Positions 12,923 to 26,004 of a DNA stretch of 64,000 nt are shown piece by piece. The stretch spans positions 99,089,011 through 99,153,010 of the forward strand of contig JARFYF010000001.1 in assembly GCA_030265395.1 (NCBI GenBank), read 5' to 3'. The stretch is from Rhina ancylostomus. Taxonomy: Eukaryota. Made by a program: the position numbers and the translations under genes. The notes beneath the pieces were generated by a model. It worked only from the letters and a program-made list of their open reading frames with translations, made no database searches and was not told where the DNA came from. Position 1 is the stretch's first letter. The number at the start of each line of letters is the position of its first letter.

Positions 12923-14439
12923 GTAGCAGGGCAAGGATCTGCATTTTGTAACCTGACCTGTCTTGTCCACAAAACATTTTAAATTTCTGCAGAGCATGTT
13001 AATTCTGAAATGCAATCACCTTTTAGGTGACACAGCAGGTGCATAAACTCCCAGAAGTGTATTGTGAACTCCCTTGGTCTGCCGTGCATTGCACTACATG
13101 TTCTTTTAAATCCACTTGGGAAGACTGATGTATTTTGGCAGGGGCTTTGGATAGGAGTGTTGTAGAGTGACAGATCTGTACAGCATGGAAGCAGGCTTTT
13201 CTGCCCATGAGTATACCCCATCCATCAAGCAGCAATCTACACTAATCCTATTATGTACTTTGTATATTCCCATTAACTCCCCCCAGACTCTGCCAGTCAC
13301 CTATACACCAAGAGCATTACAACAGTTCCAGTCACATAGTCTGATAAATGTTGGCAGTTCCCTATGGAAGGTGAGAACCTTAACTGAAAGAGAACAGAAC
13401 AACAGCATTGTTCAGAGTTATTTAATAGAGGGTAGGATTTTACCTGGAGTAGTTATGTCAAGAAGTCTAATTTGTGAACACTGGACATTTGTAAGTATTT
13501 TCTCACTTGATTCCCAAACTGATTAGCTGCATATGACCTATCTTGGTACACAAGAAATCAATTTTTGATATGCTCAGAATTGATTTTAAAAAAGAAAAAT
13601 CCAAAGATGGAAAAAAAAATTTTTACAATCGCAAAAAAATTATAATTAAACTTTAGCGATTTGAACTAGCAAGATATTGTGGAGGTAAGCTGAAATACAG
13701 TGTACATGTGACAAAGGTTCCAAAACTGCTATTTTCCTGCACATCTTTAAATGACAAGGCAGAGTCTGGCACTCAGTCATTTGGTTTAAATACCACTGAT
13801 GTCAACCAAGTCATGCAGTTGCTGTGAATCTGAAATAAAACTAGAAATTGATGGAAGTACTCAGCACGAATCTGATGAAAGCTCATGGAGCCAAAATGCT
13901 AATTCTATTTCTCTCTTCACAAATGCTGCCTGACATGTTGAGTGTTTCTTGATTTTCCTCCTTTTATCACTTTCCATTCATTATTGTTTGCTATTTCTTT
14001 TCCCTTTGCACCTTCTCCACTGGTAAAAGCTATCAGTGGGTATAGAATGCCTTCAGAGATTTTAGAGATTGTTATAATGTTTGGTCCTTCTTCCTGCCAC
14101 TTTCTTTTAATTGTCTGTCCCCTGATAAGTTTTGACCTCCACCATCCATGTACTTTCTGAACCTGCCCAAACAGAGATGTGAATAATTATGCAAATCTTG
14201 AAATCTCCTTTTGCAAGCTTACTGTCTTTACAAGATTTGCTCCAGTTCTTTACTATTTAGAACTGACTGATGAAAAGAACCCAATTCTCTTTCCCCTATA
14301 AAGCTAAACTTAAACTCGGGCTCATATCTACTGTCCCGTCCTAAGATTTAAATTAATATCAGTCGTTGCTCACTTGATTCCTTCACTAATTATTCCATGT
14401 CCTGTATCATGGTTTGACATCTATTCCAACCTTTTATAG

Positions 14440-14458
14440 CTGTTCAAATATGTATCTG
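14440..14458 (+). CDS. SAM-domain gene, candidate 19-nt microexon (A)VQICI(C)
   Basis: ttccaaccttttatag acceptor and CTG|gtaagt donor; phase 1 to 2 exactly bridges exon 2 and the 15039 exon. Confidence 0.5.
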
Positions 14459-15038
14459 GTAAGTTGAATTTGCAATAATTTTATGTATCAACTGCCTGAA
14501 TTGCTTATAAAAGGCTTTGGTTTTGCTTTACCTGGTATTCAATAGTAGTTATCTCTTATCTAACTTCCTGCTTTTTATCCCAGGATGCTAGGTTCACACC
14601 TTGCCTGTTTTCATCTTCATTCAATGTGTAAAAAAACTCTGCTGCACTTCCATCTGATTTTAACTTTTCTATCTTTGCGGTACAATTTTCAATAGTGCAT
14701 GTTTACACTGTCAAGTAAGGTCTGTGTGAGGATTAGGTCTTCCACAGTGAGGATTAGTGGGACTCCTGTATTCTCATTTGGAACTCTTTCCATGGTCTTC
14801 ATTTCCATCATTCCCTACAGTGATGTACTTATTCAACATGTAAGTACTTGGTTGTGACCTTGCGTTCTATGGGTTTCCTCACTGAGTGTTTTTCTCTCAG
14901 GAAGAGAGTTGTTGTGTTAAATCAATAATCCAGTTGCATTATTTTGTCACAAATGTTAAAATATAACACATTCAGATTACCAGGATGATTTACAGCATGT
15001 TTCAGCTTTCATCTTATTGGTGTTTGTTGATTTCACAG

Positions 15039-15201
15039 TACAGTGCAGAGAAGGTTTGCTCATCTGGAAGCCCATGTACTGCTGCTGGTTCGAAATATAG
15101 CTCACTTGACTGAAGAGATTGGCTCTCAGAATTCCCTGCTACAAAAGATACATTCATTCCAACTTGAAATAAAAAAAACACAGCAAGCTTGCAACAAAAA
15201 G
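15039..15201 (+). CDS. SAM-domain gene, coiled-coil exon TVQRRFAHLEAHVLLLVRNIAHLTEEIGSQNSLLQKIHSFQLEIKKTQQACNKK
   Basis: ttgatttcacag acceptor and AAG|gtaagt donor; 54 open codons with a heptad pattern. Confidence 0.85.
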
Positions 15202-15269
15202 GTAAGTACCTCAATTTTGTAAAAATACTTTTCAGAAACTACCTGCATTTTCTTGAAATATCAAAAGAC

Positions 15270-15847
15270 TGTTACATACCAGCAACAAAAGAAACACACC
15301 GAGACAACTATAAATGTTAAAAACTGTTTATAAATGTCAGACTTCCAGTCTTGAGCTCAACTTCAAACCACCCTCGTCAATCTGTGGATTTGATCCCGGA
15401 CGACACTCGTCAATTTGTGGGTTTTATCCCGGACGAATCTCGTTAACCTTGGGAACGATCCCGGATGAATCTCGTCAATCTGTGGGTTTTATCCCGGATG
15501 ACACTCGTCAATCCGTGGGTTTGATCCCGGACGACCCCCAATTTGTTATGTACCAGCAACAAAAGAAACACACCGAGACAAGTATAAATGTTAAAAACTA
15601 CTTTATTAATAACTACTNNNNNNNNNNNNNNNNNNNNNNNNNNNNNNNNNNNNNNNNNNNNNNNNNNNNNNNNNNNNNNNNNNNNNNNNNNNNNNNNNNN
15701 NNNNNNNNNNNNNNNNNGACTCCGACTGGTTGTTTCAACAACAAAGTCATGACGTTCTTTATCTTCTGTTGACGTAAGCACGCCACACACACACTCGCAC
15801 ACACATTATCTAAAAGGGACACTCACTAATAGTCCTAGTCTGTAACA
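15270..15847. mobile_element. Solo LTR (Gypsy-like) with internal tandem repeat
   Basis: TGTTACA...TGTAACA termini with a 4-bp TSD AGAC (15266-69 and 15848-51); LTR start repeated at about 15544; includes an N gap. Confidence 0.8.
15372..15540. repeat. About 32-33-bp tandem repeat, 5 copies
   Basis: ctcgtcaatctgtgggtttgatcccggacgaca units with substitutions and no spacers. Confidence 0.9.
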
Positions 15848-17189
15848 AGACAATGCAGCAATTTAAAAAAACTATCTTCAGATGCAGGTGTTCCTCGCTG
15901 AGATGGTAGTGTTGGGGATTTGGCAGAGGCAAGTGTTTTCTAAAACTTCTACATTTCAAATATCTGATACACTAGAGTGAGTACTTTGGAGCACCTTTGG
16001 ATAATTATGAAGTTGGAGTCATCTCCGACCAGACAAGCTAGACACAGCAGAATTCCTTCTCCATAGGTTGTTGGTGAACAAGTTCAGTCTTTGTGGCCTT
16101 TGATAAATCTTTCATTTTTTCTACTGCTACCATTTTAGTATTTTTGGATTTTAAATATACAAGTTCTAAAAACACAAGCTGATACTTCTGTGTTTTGTTT
16201 ACAATACTATCTGCACAAATCACTTTATGGATAAATGTTCATCTGTTGCCCGGGCATCACAATGCATTGTGGAATCACTACTCGTAGTTTGCACCCAGTG
16301 GTTCTTCTAACAGGCCAACCAATGAAGAATAAAGGCACGAAAATCCAGCTGGATTAAATTTGGTTGCAAAATTAATTTAAGGAAGTAAGAGCGATGGGAG
16401 CATATTTTTCATGATGTAATTTACTGTTAGCCTGCAACATTCAGTGGCAAATAATGTAGAGGACAGAGTAAAGAGCCAAAGTGTGGAGGAGGCAGGAAGA
16501 TGAGACTTAAGATGTGGTTGGAGTTAAGTCCAAGGCCAAATGGGAGGTGTCACCAGGTACGAGGAGCTAAATGCCCACTCTGCGGCTGAGAATGGTACCT
16601 GGTGTTCATGGTATTGAACGTGGGCGTTAAGTGCAAGGTAGTGATAGATTTGTAAGAGTGCAGAAGCTATAGTGACTTTTGGTTCTCAACTTTGGTCATA
16701 AGTGAAGGGAACAAATGTCAAAGTAACCAATCTCTTTGTTAAGTTACAAGACCAGCCCCCAGAGTGATTGGTTCACATCCCATGGTAGTGGACAATTTGA
16801 AATTAAATATAAAAAAAAATTAGCATGTGGGGGGTGGAGAAAAAAGCTGATGTCAGTCCTTCAGGGAATGAGTCCTGTTAACTTTAACCAATTTGGCCAC
16901 GTGTGACTCCAGACTGACCAATGTGGTTGAACCTATACTGCCTGATGAGTTCTAGGTAATTAATTGAATTCTGAGATTGCCAGCAATCTTCATATCCTGG
17001 GAATTAATATATTGAAAATTTATCTGACTGCCTTATCAATGAAACATGAGACATAACATGCGACGTTCCACTGGTGATCCAAGTAGTGTTGACCTGGGAT
17101 GGTGCATCTGGAATGATGAATGGAGAGAGGTACATCAGATGCAGGCTGCCCTGAGTTTAATGCCTAGTGTCCTGGGCTCAGACCATATC

Positions 17190-18565
17190 TATTACATAGA
17201 ACACTACAGCACAGTACAGGCCCTTCAACCCACAATGTTGTGCCAACATTTTATCCTGCTTTAAGATCTATCTAACCCTTCCCTCCCACATAGCCCCCTA
17301 TTTTTNNNNNNNNNNNNNNNNNNNNNNNNNNNNNNNNNNNNNNNNNNNNNNNNNNNNNNNNNNNNNNNNNNNNNNNNNNNNNNNNNNNNNNNNNNNNNNN
17401 NNNNNAACAGAATTGGAAGATATGGGTCATTTTTGGGTCGGGAGGCTGTGACTAGTGGGTTGCCACAGGGATTGGTCCTGGGGCCCCAGCTGTTCAGAAT
17501 CTACAACAATGATTTGGATGAAGGGCTAAAGGGATGATTTGGAATGTAATATGTTGAAATTTGTTGATCATACTAGGTTAGGTGGTAGAGTGTGTTATAA
17601 GGAAGATGTAGAAAGCTTTCAGGAGAGTATAGATTGTATCTTAGCCTATGTGGAAATATGAGAGGCTATCCATTTTGATAGGGAAAAAAATAGAAAAGTG
17701 GAAAAGTTTAAATACTGAAAGATTGAAAGGCAGTGATGTGCAGAGGAATACAGAAGTCCATGTACACTAATCACTGAAAAATAACGTGCAGATTCAGCAG
17801 GCAAACAGGAAGCTGAATGGTTTTTGGGTTTTATCACAAGAGGATTTGAATGCAAGAGTAAACACATCTTAATGCAATTGAATGGGTCCTAGTGAGACAG
17901 CAGCTGGAATATTGTGCACAGGTTTGGTCTCCCCACCACTTGTGACAGAGGGAGTGCAATGATAGTTAACTAGATTGATTTCCTTTGATGGAGGAGAGAT
18001 TAAATAGACTAGGCCTGTCCTCTCTAAAATTTAGAAGAATGAGAGGTGATCTGATCAAAACAAACAAATTTCTTATGGCATCTGACAAGGTAGATGCAGA
18101 GTTCCTTTTTAAATTAATTTCTGGCATCTGGGCTTCACTGGCAAGGCCAGTGTTTATTGTCTATCATTAACCGGACTTGAGAAGGTGATGGTAAGCCACC
18201 TTCCTGAACTATGTAGTTCCCCTAGGGAAGGCACTCACTCAGTGCTGTTGGGTAGGAAGTTCCATGATTTAGAATCTATGATATAGAACAGTACAGGCCC
18301 TTCAACCCATGATGTTGTGCCAACATTTTATCCTGCTTTAAGATCTATCTAACCCTTCCCTCCCACATAGCCCCCTATTTTTCTATCATTTCTATGTCTA
18401 TCTAAGAGTCTCTTAAATGTCCCTAATGTATCTGCCCCCCACAACATCTGCAGGCAGTGTGTTCCATACACCCGCCACTCCCTCTGTAAAAAAAAACTTA
18501 CCCCTGACATCCCCCTTATACCTTCCTCCAATCACCTTAAAAATATGTCCCCTCATGTTAGCCAT
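17190..18565. mobile_element. Cluster of CR1 fragments in both orientations plus a SINE/LINE tail relic
   Basis: Minus-strand CR1 tails at 17195-17305 and 18280-18565; plus-strand CR1 RT/3' region at 17406-18100 (SGLPQGLVLGPQLF, EERLNRLGLSSLKFRRMRGDLI). Confidence 0.85.
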
Positions 18566-18624
18566 TACAGATTAGTCCTGAGGATCACTCAGACTCAAGC
18601 CATCCTGGGCTGAAACCTGGGCTA

Positions 18625-18885
18625 GGGCAGGCACAGTAGTGTAGCGGTTAGCGTAACACTATTACAGTGCCAGTGGCCCAGGTTCAATTCCGGCTGCTGT
18701 CTGTAAGGAGTTTGTACATTCTCCCCGTGTCTGCGTGCATTTCCTCCAGGTGTTCTGGTTTCCTCCCACATTCCAAAGACGTACGGGTTAGGAACTTGCG
18801 GGCTGCCCCCAGAACAATCTACGCAGAAAATGTATTTCACTGTGTGTTTTGATGTTCTGTACATGTGACCAATAAAGAAATCTTA
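18625..18885 (+). mobile_element. V-SINE (HE1-like, tRNA-derived)
   Basis: tRNA-like head (tagtgtagcggttagc...ggttcaattcc), V-domain ggagtttgtacattctccccgtgtctgcgtg...ttcctcccacattccaaagacgt, and a LINE-type tail catgtgaccaataaa. Confidence 0.9.
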
Positions 18886-19621
18886 TTTCAGGCTTAGTCT
18901 GATGTACCCTCAGTTTAGATCCAGCCTTAGTCTTAAGTGTCCTGGGCTCAGAGCTGGGTTACTTCAGGTAGTCTTGAGTGTCCTGGATATTTGATCCATA
19001 ATCAGTTCTCAGTGTCCTTGCTGTCCTGGAACACTGGGATCACTGACTTGCCAAAGCATGTGAGCACAGATGTTGAACTTTAAATGACAGAGTACTCCTT
19101 GTAAGTTTGAAAGCTGCAGTTATATAGTGCAGTTTGCAAATTTATAATGTTACAAACACAGGCAATAAAAGTCTGCCTTGTGTTTATTCAAAGTGGATAA
19201 CTAATTGTTCATAGACCCTCAACAGTACAGTGTGAATTTATGTTGTTGCTTTATCATTTATTCTGTATTTGTGCAGGATAAAAGATGTAACTAGTTTTCT
19301 GAAGATTCCATCACACACAAACTGTTGAATACATCTAAAATTTATTTAATGTGTTTTGGAAACAGCAATAATATATGCTGAATTATATGCAATTAAAAAG
19401 TAACAGGAATAATTGTAAAGGTTTATAATTAATTCAGCAATAATAACTTGCACTTATTTTGTCTTTAATGATGTGGAAATTTATATATGATGCAAGTGTT
19501 TTTTTGGAGCATTCTGCATGGTATTTCTGAAACAGTTCTTGATTATTTCAATAATATGGCTGGAGCAATGTCATGTAATGAAAGTAGTGTAAAATATTTA
19601 ATATGTATTCCTTTTTGACAG

Positions 19622-19683
19622 ATTGGAGACTTGAACAGATTTTCTATTAAACAGGATTCTTCCAGTATTTCAGAGTGTTCACT
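19622..19683 (+). CDS. SAM-domain gene exon, IGDLNRFSIKQDSSSISECS(L)
   Basis: ttcctttttgacag acceptor and CT|gtaagt donor; phase 0 to 2. Confidence 0.75.
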
Positions 19684-20379
19684 GTAAGTATCTGTATGAG
19701 CATAAATGTCTATAAACTAATGGATATAGTTGGAAACATAAGAACCTACATTTACATAGCACCTTTCATGAGGTTTGGATGTCCCAAAGCACTTCACAAT
19801 CTCTTAACAGCTCTTTGTTGTAACAAGCATCAGTTTCTGAAAAGACAACAGATTAATGTTCGGGTTTAGACTTCTTTCAAAATGTTCTTGGTTTCTGCAG
19901 CTTGTGTGTATTTTCTGTGCATGTATTTTAATTCCAGTTTTCCTGTGTGCATTTTGATTTTTTTGTGGCAAAATTGCCAATAATAGTTGTTAACTGATAT
20001 TTGATGCTTTTACTCATATTACGTGAATGATGCCTAATTTGGTTTCAGAGCACAATTTTGGGACTGTGGTGTGGAACTGCTTGTATCGTGGCTGATCCAC
20101 CTGTCCACATTTTGTGCAGCATTGTATCAGATACTACAACAGCAAACAAGTTGGCCTCCATGTACCTAATGCCTGCTAGAAGTATGCTGAGAAACAAATG
20201 ATATTTATTAATGTGTACCGGCGATTTAATAGTCACTGGTGCCATTTTGGAGGTTGCTTCCCCAGCTAACCCTGTTTTTACCTCGTAATGCTGTTCAATC
20301 AGCCACTTTTAGATCAGTTGCTGTTGGCATTTTGAATTGGTTCTTTTAATGTTGATTTTAAGCAGTTCTAATGCCAGTA

Positions 20380-22200
20380 AGTTATTGTAATTGGCTTATT
20401 ATTGTCACATGTACTGAGATAAAGTGAAAAACTTTGTTTTGCATGTTATCCAATTGGATCATTCCAAAACAGAAGTACGTCGGTATAGCACAAAGGGAAA
20501 AGCAATAACAGAAAGTAGGGTTACAGTTAGAGAAAGTGCAGTGCAGGTGAACAAATAAGGTGCAAGGCCCACAATGTGGTAGACTGAGAGATCCAGAGTT
20601 CATCTTTATTGTATGGGAGTCATATCACATTCAATAGTCTTATCACAGTAGGACTGAAGCTTCCTTGAGCCTGGTGGTGTGTGTTTTCAAGCATTTGTAT
20701 CTTCTGCCTGATGGAAGTGGGGAGAAGGAGGAATGACTGGGGTGGGAAGGGTCATTGATCATGTTGGCTGCTTTCCTGAGGCAGTGGGAAGTGTTGACAG
20801 AGTCACTGGAGGGGAGGCTGATTTTCATGATGGACTGAACTGTGTCCATAAATCTCTACAGTTTCTTGCGGTCTTGGGCAGAGCAGTTACGAAGCTGTGA
20901 AGCATCCAGATAGGAAGCTTTCTATAGTGCACCTATAAAAGCTGGTGAGAGTAAAAGGGGACATGCCAAATTTCCTTAGCCTTCTGAGAAAATAGAGGTG
21001 ATGGTTTGCTTTTTTGGGCATAGTATCTTCATGGTTGGACCAGGACAAACGGTGGGTTATATTTACATCTAGGAGCTTGAAGGTCTCAACCATGTCCGCC
21101 TCAGCACCATTGATCCATACAGGGGCATGTGCTCTGCTACGCTTCTTGAAGTCAATGACCAGCTTGTTTGTTTTGCTGACATTGAGGGAAAGGTTGTTGT
21201 CGTGATACCATTGCCACTAAGCTGTCTATCTCATTCCTGTACTCCATCTCATCATTGTTTGAGATCTGGCCCACTCCAGTGGTGTCATATGCTGAATTGC
21301 AGAAGGAATCAGAACAGAATCTGGTCACACAGTCGTGAGTATATCGGGAGTAAAGTAAGTAGCTGAGGACGCAGCCTTGTGGGGCACCAGTGCTGAGGAT
21401 AATCATGGTGAAGGTGTTGCTGCCTGTCCTCAGTGATCGTGGTCTGTTGGTCAGGACATCAAGGATCCAGTTGCAGAGGGAGCTGCTGAGTCCCAGGTCT
21501 AGGAGTTCGGAGTTGAGTTTGTTTGGAATTATGTTACTGAAGGCGAAGATATAGTCAATAAATAGGAGTTTGACGTAGGTGTCTTTGTTATCCAGGTGTT
21601 CCAGAGATGAGATGGCATACACTGTAGACCTGTTTTGGTGAATTGTAGTGGGTCGAGGTTGTCTGGGAGGCTGGAGTTAATGTGTGCCATGACCAGCCTC
21701 TTGAACCACTTCATGATGGTGTACGGCAGAGCCACTGGGTGACAGTCAGTCAGATAGGCATGCTACCTTTGGCATCAGGATGATATTGGTCTTCTTAAAG
21801 CGGGTGGGGACCTCAGATTGGAGTAGAGAAAGGTTAAAGATGTCTGTAAATACTCCCGCCAGCAGATCCACACAGGATCTGAGGACGTGGCTGGGGAGCC
21901 CATCTGGGCCGGCTGCTTTCCATGGGTTCATTTTCAGCAAGGCTGATTTGATGTCTGCAACAGTACAGGTGCGTTGGATGCTGTTGGAGTGAGTGGTGTC
22001 ATTTCATTGACCTTCTGTTCAAAATGTGCATGGAATGCTTTGAGCTCATCAGGGAAGGATGTGATGTTGTCCAACTTCATTTTGTAGCCTGTTGTAGCAT
22101 GCAAGCCCTGCAACAATCTGGGTCTCTATCGTGGACTGGTATTGTCTTTTGCCATCCCTGATAGCTTTATGGAAGGTCGTACCTTGGTTTGAGTCATGCC
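20380..22200 (-). mobile_element. Rex1/Babar-type LINE, degenerate
   Basis: RT peptides [45 protein letters not shown] and LYFLRRLRKFGM; frameshifted; 3' tail tacatgtgacaataat. Confidence 0.92.
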
Positions 22201-24674
22201 TGAGAGGAGTCGATACAAAGCCTGGCATTGCGTTGAGCCCTCTCAGCCTGAGTGGCTGCAGCTGGACTTGTTGACTGACAGGCAACACCCAGGGCTGAGA
22301 GTAGCGGCAGGATCACGAATACTGCCACACTAGTGTGGTCAGATGTGTTCCACAGAGCTACTTTCACTTTGGTGGGAAGAGGGAAAATCATTGGATCACT
22401 GCTACACCCTGCAAGTCCATTTTTACATTGATGTCCAAGTCACCACGTTCAAATGAGTTGACGTAGCACAAGAATGAAGGTGTACTGCAGCCTCCAGGTC
22501 TACGTTGGTGGCTGCTGCTGGTGCTACCTCATAGGCAGAGATATTGTCCATCAGGTGATGCACTTCGGATGGCCCACTTGTTTCTCATCTCTGCCTCATT
22601 GGGAAGGACAGGTTCCAGTGTTGGATCTGTGTAAGCTTGGTGAAGTACTCTGTGCAGCGGGGAATGGATAAAGAGAGAAAATGCAAAAAAAACATCCAAG
22701 AATGAGCACATAAAAATGAAAATAAAATCTGAATCAAAAGCAGTCAAGTTCTGAGATGCATAAAGAGGAAATGGTTAGATCCCAGATATGTGAATTTGGT
22801 AAGAAGGTTATAAGGCCATAGATAAAGAGATCAGAGTGAAAATAGGGAAAGAATTTGAGTGTAAGGGAGCTCAGGATTGCAGATGTGGACTGAATGGAGA
22901 TGGTCAGCAAAGCACTTGGTCTGTCTGTTGCACAGGAGATGTTGGGGCAGAGCCATGGTACCTCAAAAATGTACCCTTGTGAAGTAGGCTGAGGAGAGGG
23001 TAAATTCCTGCAGAGTACAGAGCGAGAGCTGATGCAAGGTGTAATCAGTAAAAATGATCATGGCTATTGAAAGTTCCCAACATTGCAAAGGCTTACTACT
23101 TCTGTCTTTATTTGATTCTGGGCTGGATGTGACCCTATTCCCACACAAACCCCAACTAAACTGCTAACAAACCACTGTAGTGCCCTTTAATGTAATTCAT
23201 TAGTATCTGGGGCAAATCAGAGTGGCCAATAAATGAAGACCTTACCAGCTGCACTTCATCCTGGGAATAAATTCAAAACAAAATATAATATCGAAGCATT
23301 TGTTGAACTTTGGAATTGGTGCTGCAACAGGCTCTGTCCCTTGTGTCTTCCATATAATGAAAAGCCTCTCCCATCATACAGCTTTCCTGAGAGTAGGAAT
23401 TTGGCTCTGGACATGGTTAAACCAGCACGTAAATGCATATTCTCAAGAATTAAATGCAATTCTCATATTAGGAACCAGCTTGTTCCACCACATGGTAAAG
23501 CAGCTAGATATTGTCACATGAAGTTATTACTTAATTTCACCAGATTTGGATAAAACCAAGCTGTTAAACTGAAATCATTTACCTGGGTCATTTTGGGCTG
23601 TGTTCTGCTGAGCAGATTGGGAGCGGCATTGGTATAATGACAAAGAATGTTTTGTGGTGATCCAAGAGCAAGAAAGAAAACAAGGGGTGAACCTGTATAT
23701 TAGAATAAGTAACGCACGTCAAAATAACTTCCTTCAATGTTCAGTCTTATTTGGAAATCTGATTTAGTGAACTTTCTCCATCAGCCTTCCTAATTTTCAT
23801 TGTGGTCCTGTGCTTTTAAGTGGATAAGTATTAGACTGATAGTAAAGATGACCTTAAATAAGATTACACTAGCTTTTGTTAATGCACTGATAACCTGATC
23901 ATCAAATGTAAAAATAGCTCATTAAAGTAATCTTTGATGTTTTAGTACATTTGGAGTAATTGTGTATTAGACAGGGCAAAAGCACAGTGCATTAAGTGTA
24001 AGTCAGGCTAAGATAGGCTTTTAGGTTGTAGGGCAGTCAAGGTTATGAGGATTGGTCCAGGTTGTGGAATTGAGGCCAAAGACTAGAGCAGCCATTTATC
24101 TCCTAGAAAACTTGAGTGCAGCGAAGGAGTCTTATAGTCTAATTATGTTCCTTTTTGTTAATGTTCTTAAAATACTGGTGGGGTGCATGTTGTCCCTGCA
24201 GTTTCCCTCATTTTAGATGTGTTTTTGTAGGAAGGGGCTGAATAGGTCGAAGAGAACAAAGATGGATTTGTCCACTTCCATTCTATGAATTACAATGCTC
24301 TACTGGTGGTTAGATAAGCTAACCCTGTTTTAAATTAGCTCTGCTCTCCCCTTCAATTCCAAGCTGATACTGTGTTCCTCTTTCAACACTTCTTCTCCAC
24401 CCATCTTTTCCTCTGCTCCCCTTTTTGTTCAACACACGATCTTCCTTCTGCTCCCATCATCCACTCCCAATGGGGATCCAAGAAACAAAAAGCTAAGAGT
24501 GGCAAATAATGAGTGCTTTTCCAATCAAAAATTAACTTTAAAGTGAATCATTTTAAATGACCTTCCCATTTCATTGGCTTCCAATTGAAAATTATAATTG
24601 TTGAATTAAGTTATCTTCAAAGACTTGATTAAATTTGGAATACAGTTGGAGACATTTCGTACTGGCTGTCAGAG

Positions 24675-25700
24675 TCATCTTCTTCTTAGGAAATACTTTG
24701 GGATGAGAAGATGACTTAGTTCCACTCTATTTCTGAGGTGTTTAATGAGCCCAGTGTGGGACTGGCAGACCCTTCTGTAGGGCAGGCAGGTGATTGCTGC
24801 CAGGGTCTGTACCATCCACGACTTCTGTGGTCTAGATGTATGGCCTTCAGGATCTCCAGGCCATTCTGAATTCTGCTTTAGTGGTTTAGGCCGGAGACCA
24901 CCACAGATCTGTAAGGAAGTTTCATTTTTCCAGGAAGGTTTTGAGCACATCTTTGAACATTTTCCTCTGTCAGAGTAACTTAATGCTAACAGCTGTAATT
25001 TAAACATTTTATTACCTTGATACCGATTGCAGTGGGTTACAGTTAAATGATTGACCTTGGAGTACTGCAAGAAGTGTCCAAGTGGAGACATTGGTTCTTT
25101 GTTGCATTCCCCACATTATGGTCTTCAGCTCTTTTAGAGGACCGGGAAGAATCCCTACATAATCCGGCCATTCTGTGACCGAGGCGCAGATACCAGAGGA
25201 GGTGAAGTGCTCACTTTTACTGTGACATGGAGAGGGTAAAGTCANNNNNNNNNNNNNNNNNNNNNNNNNNNNNNNNNNNNNNNNNNNNNNNNNNNNNNNN
25301 NNNNNNNNNNNNNNNNNNNNNNNNNNNNNNNNNNNNNNNNNNNNTGGAGAGGGTAAAGTCACACTTTGGGTATTGCTGCGGAGAAGTCGAATGAAGACTT
25401 TGGGGCAGCCTCTGTTATCTACTGATGGGTTTGCGCAAAGATTCTGTTAGATGCGTTGGGAGGCCTGTCCAGGAGCATGGAGGAGTAAGGCAGTTTGCCT
25501 CAGGACTTTGCACAGAGTTTGGAGTACATCGTTTCTCGCTGCAAGTGGTGAGCAGCTTTATTTTCTCCCAGGCCCAACCACGACGGTCAGTTAGAGCATC
25601 TGTTACCAATGGGTAACAGGTACGCGTCATCAGGGTGCTAGAGTGGAAGCTCACACAACTGAACTGTAATGTTCACCTGCTGGCATCATGGCAGGGGTGT
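24675..25700 (-). mobile_element. RTE-clade LINE 3' portion, degenerate
   Basis: Cys/His C-terminal motif (RRVCQSHTGLIKHLR), a KMFKDVLK motif, and a cctaagaagaaga 3' end resembling RTE elements. Confidence 0.65.
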
Positions 25701-26004
25701 GGCAGCACTCTCCAACCTGTCGTCTCACACTTTACTAGATGCATTGAAATGCATCTAAGTGAAGCCCAAACCTGCTGTTCTCCTTGAAGAAGGTAATATT
25801 TGTTCTCTCAGTCATGTAATGTTAGTGGATTTGTCCTTACCTTTCAGCTGTCCTGGACTGCTGCTGATGCTCTAATCTGCAGCCTCAAAACCCGTCCAGG
25901 GCCCCCTCCAGTGTCCTACATCTCCCCTGACCTTGCACCAACTGGGCCCTGGGATAGGTAAAGCCCAGCAGATGACAGACACTAAGTAAATGGGCAAAGG
26001 TGAT

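Noticed and set aside
15372-15540. CRISPR-like array of about 32-bp repeats
   Set aside because: Units are head-to-tail without unique spacers, sit inside an LTR, and the context is eukaryotic with no cas genes.
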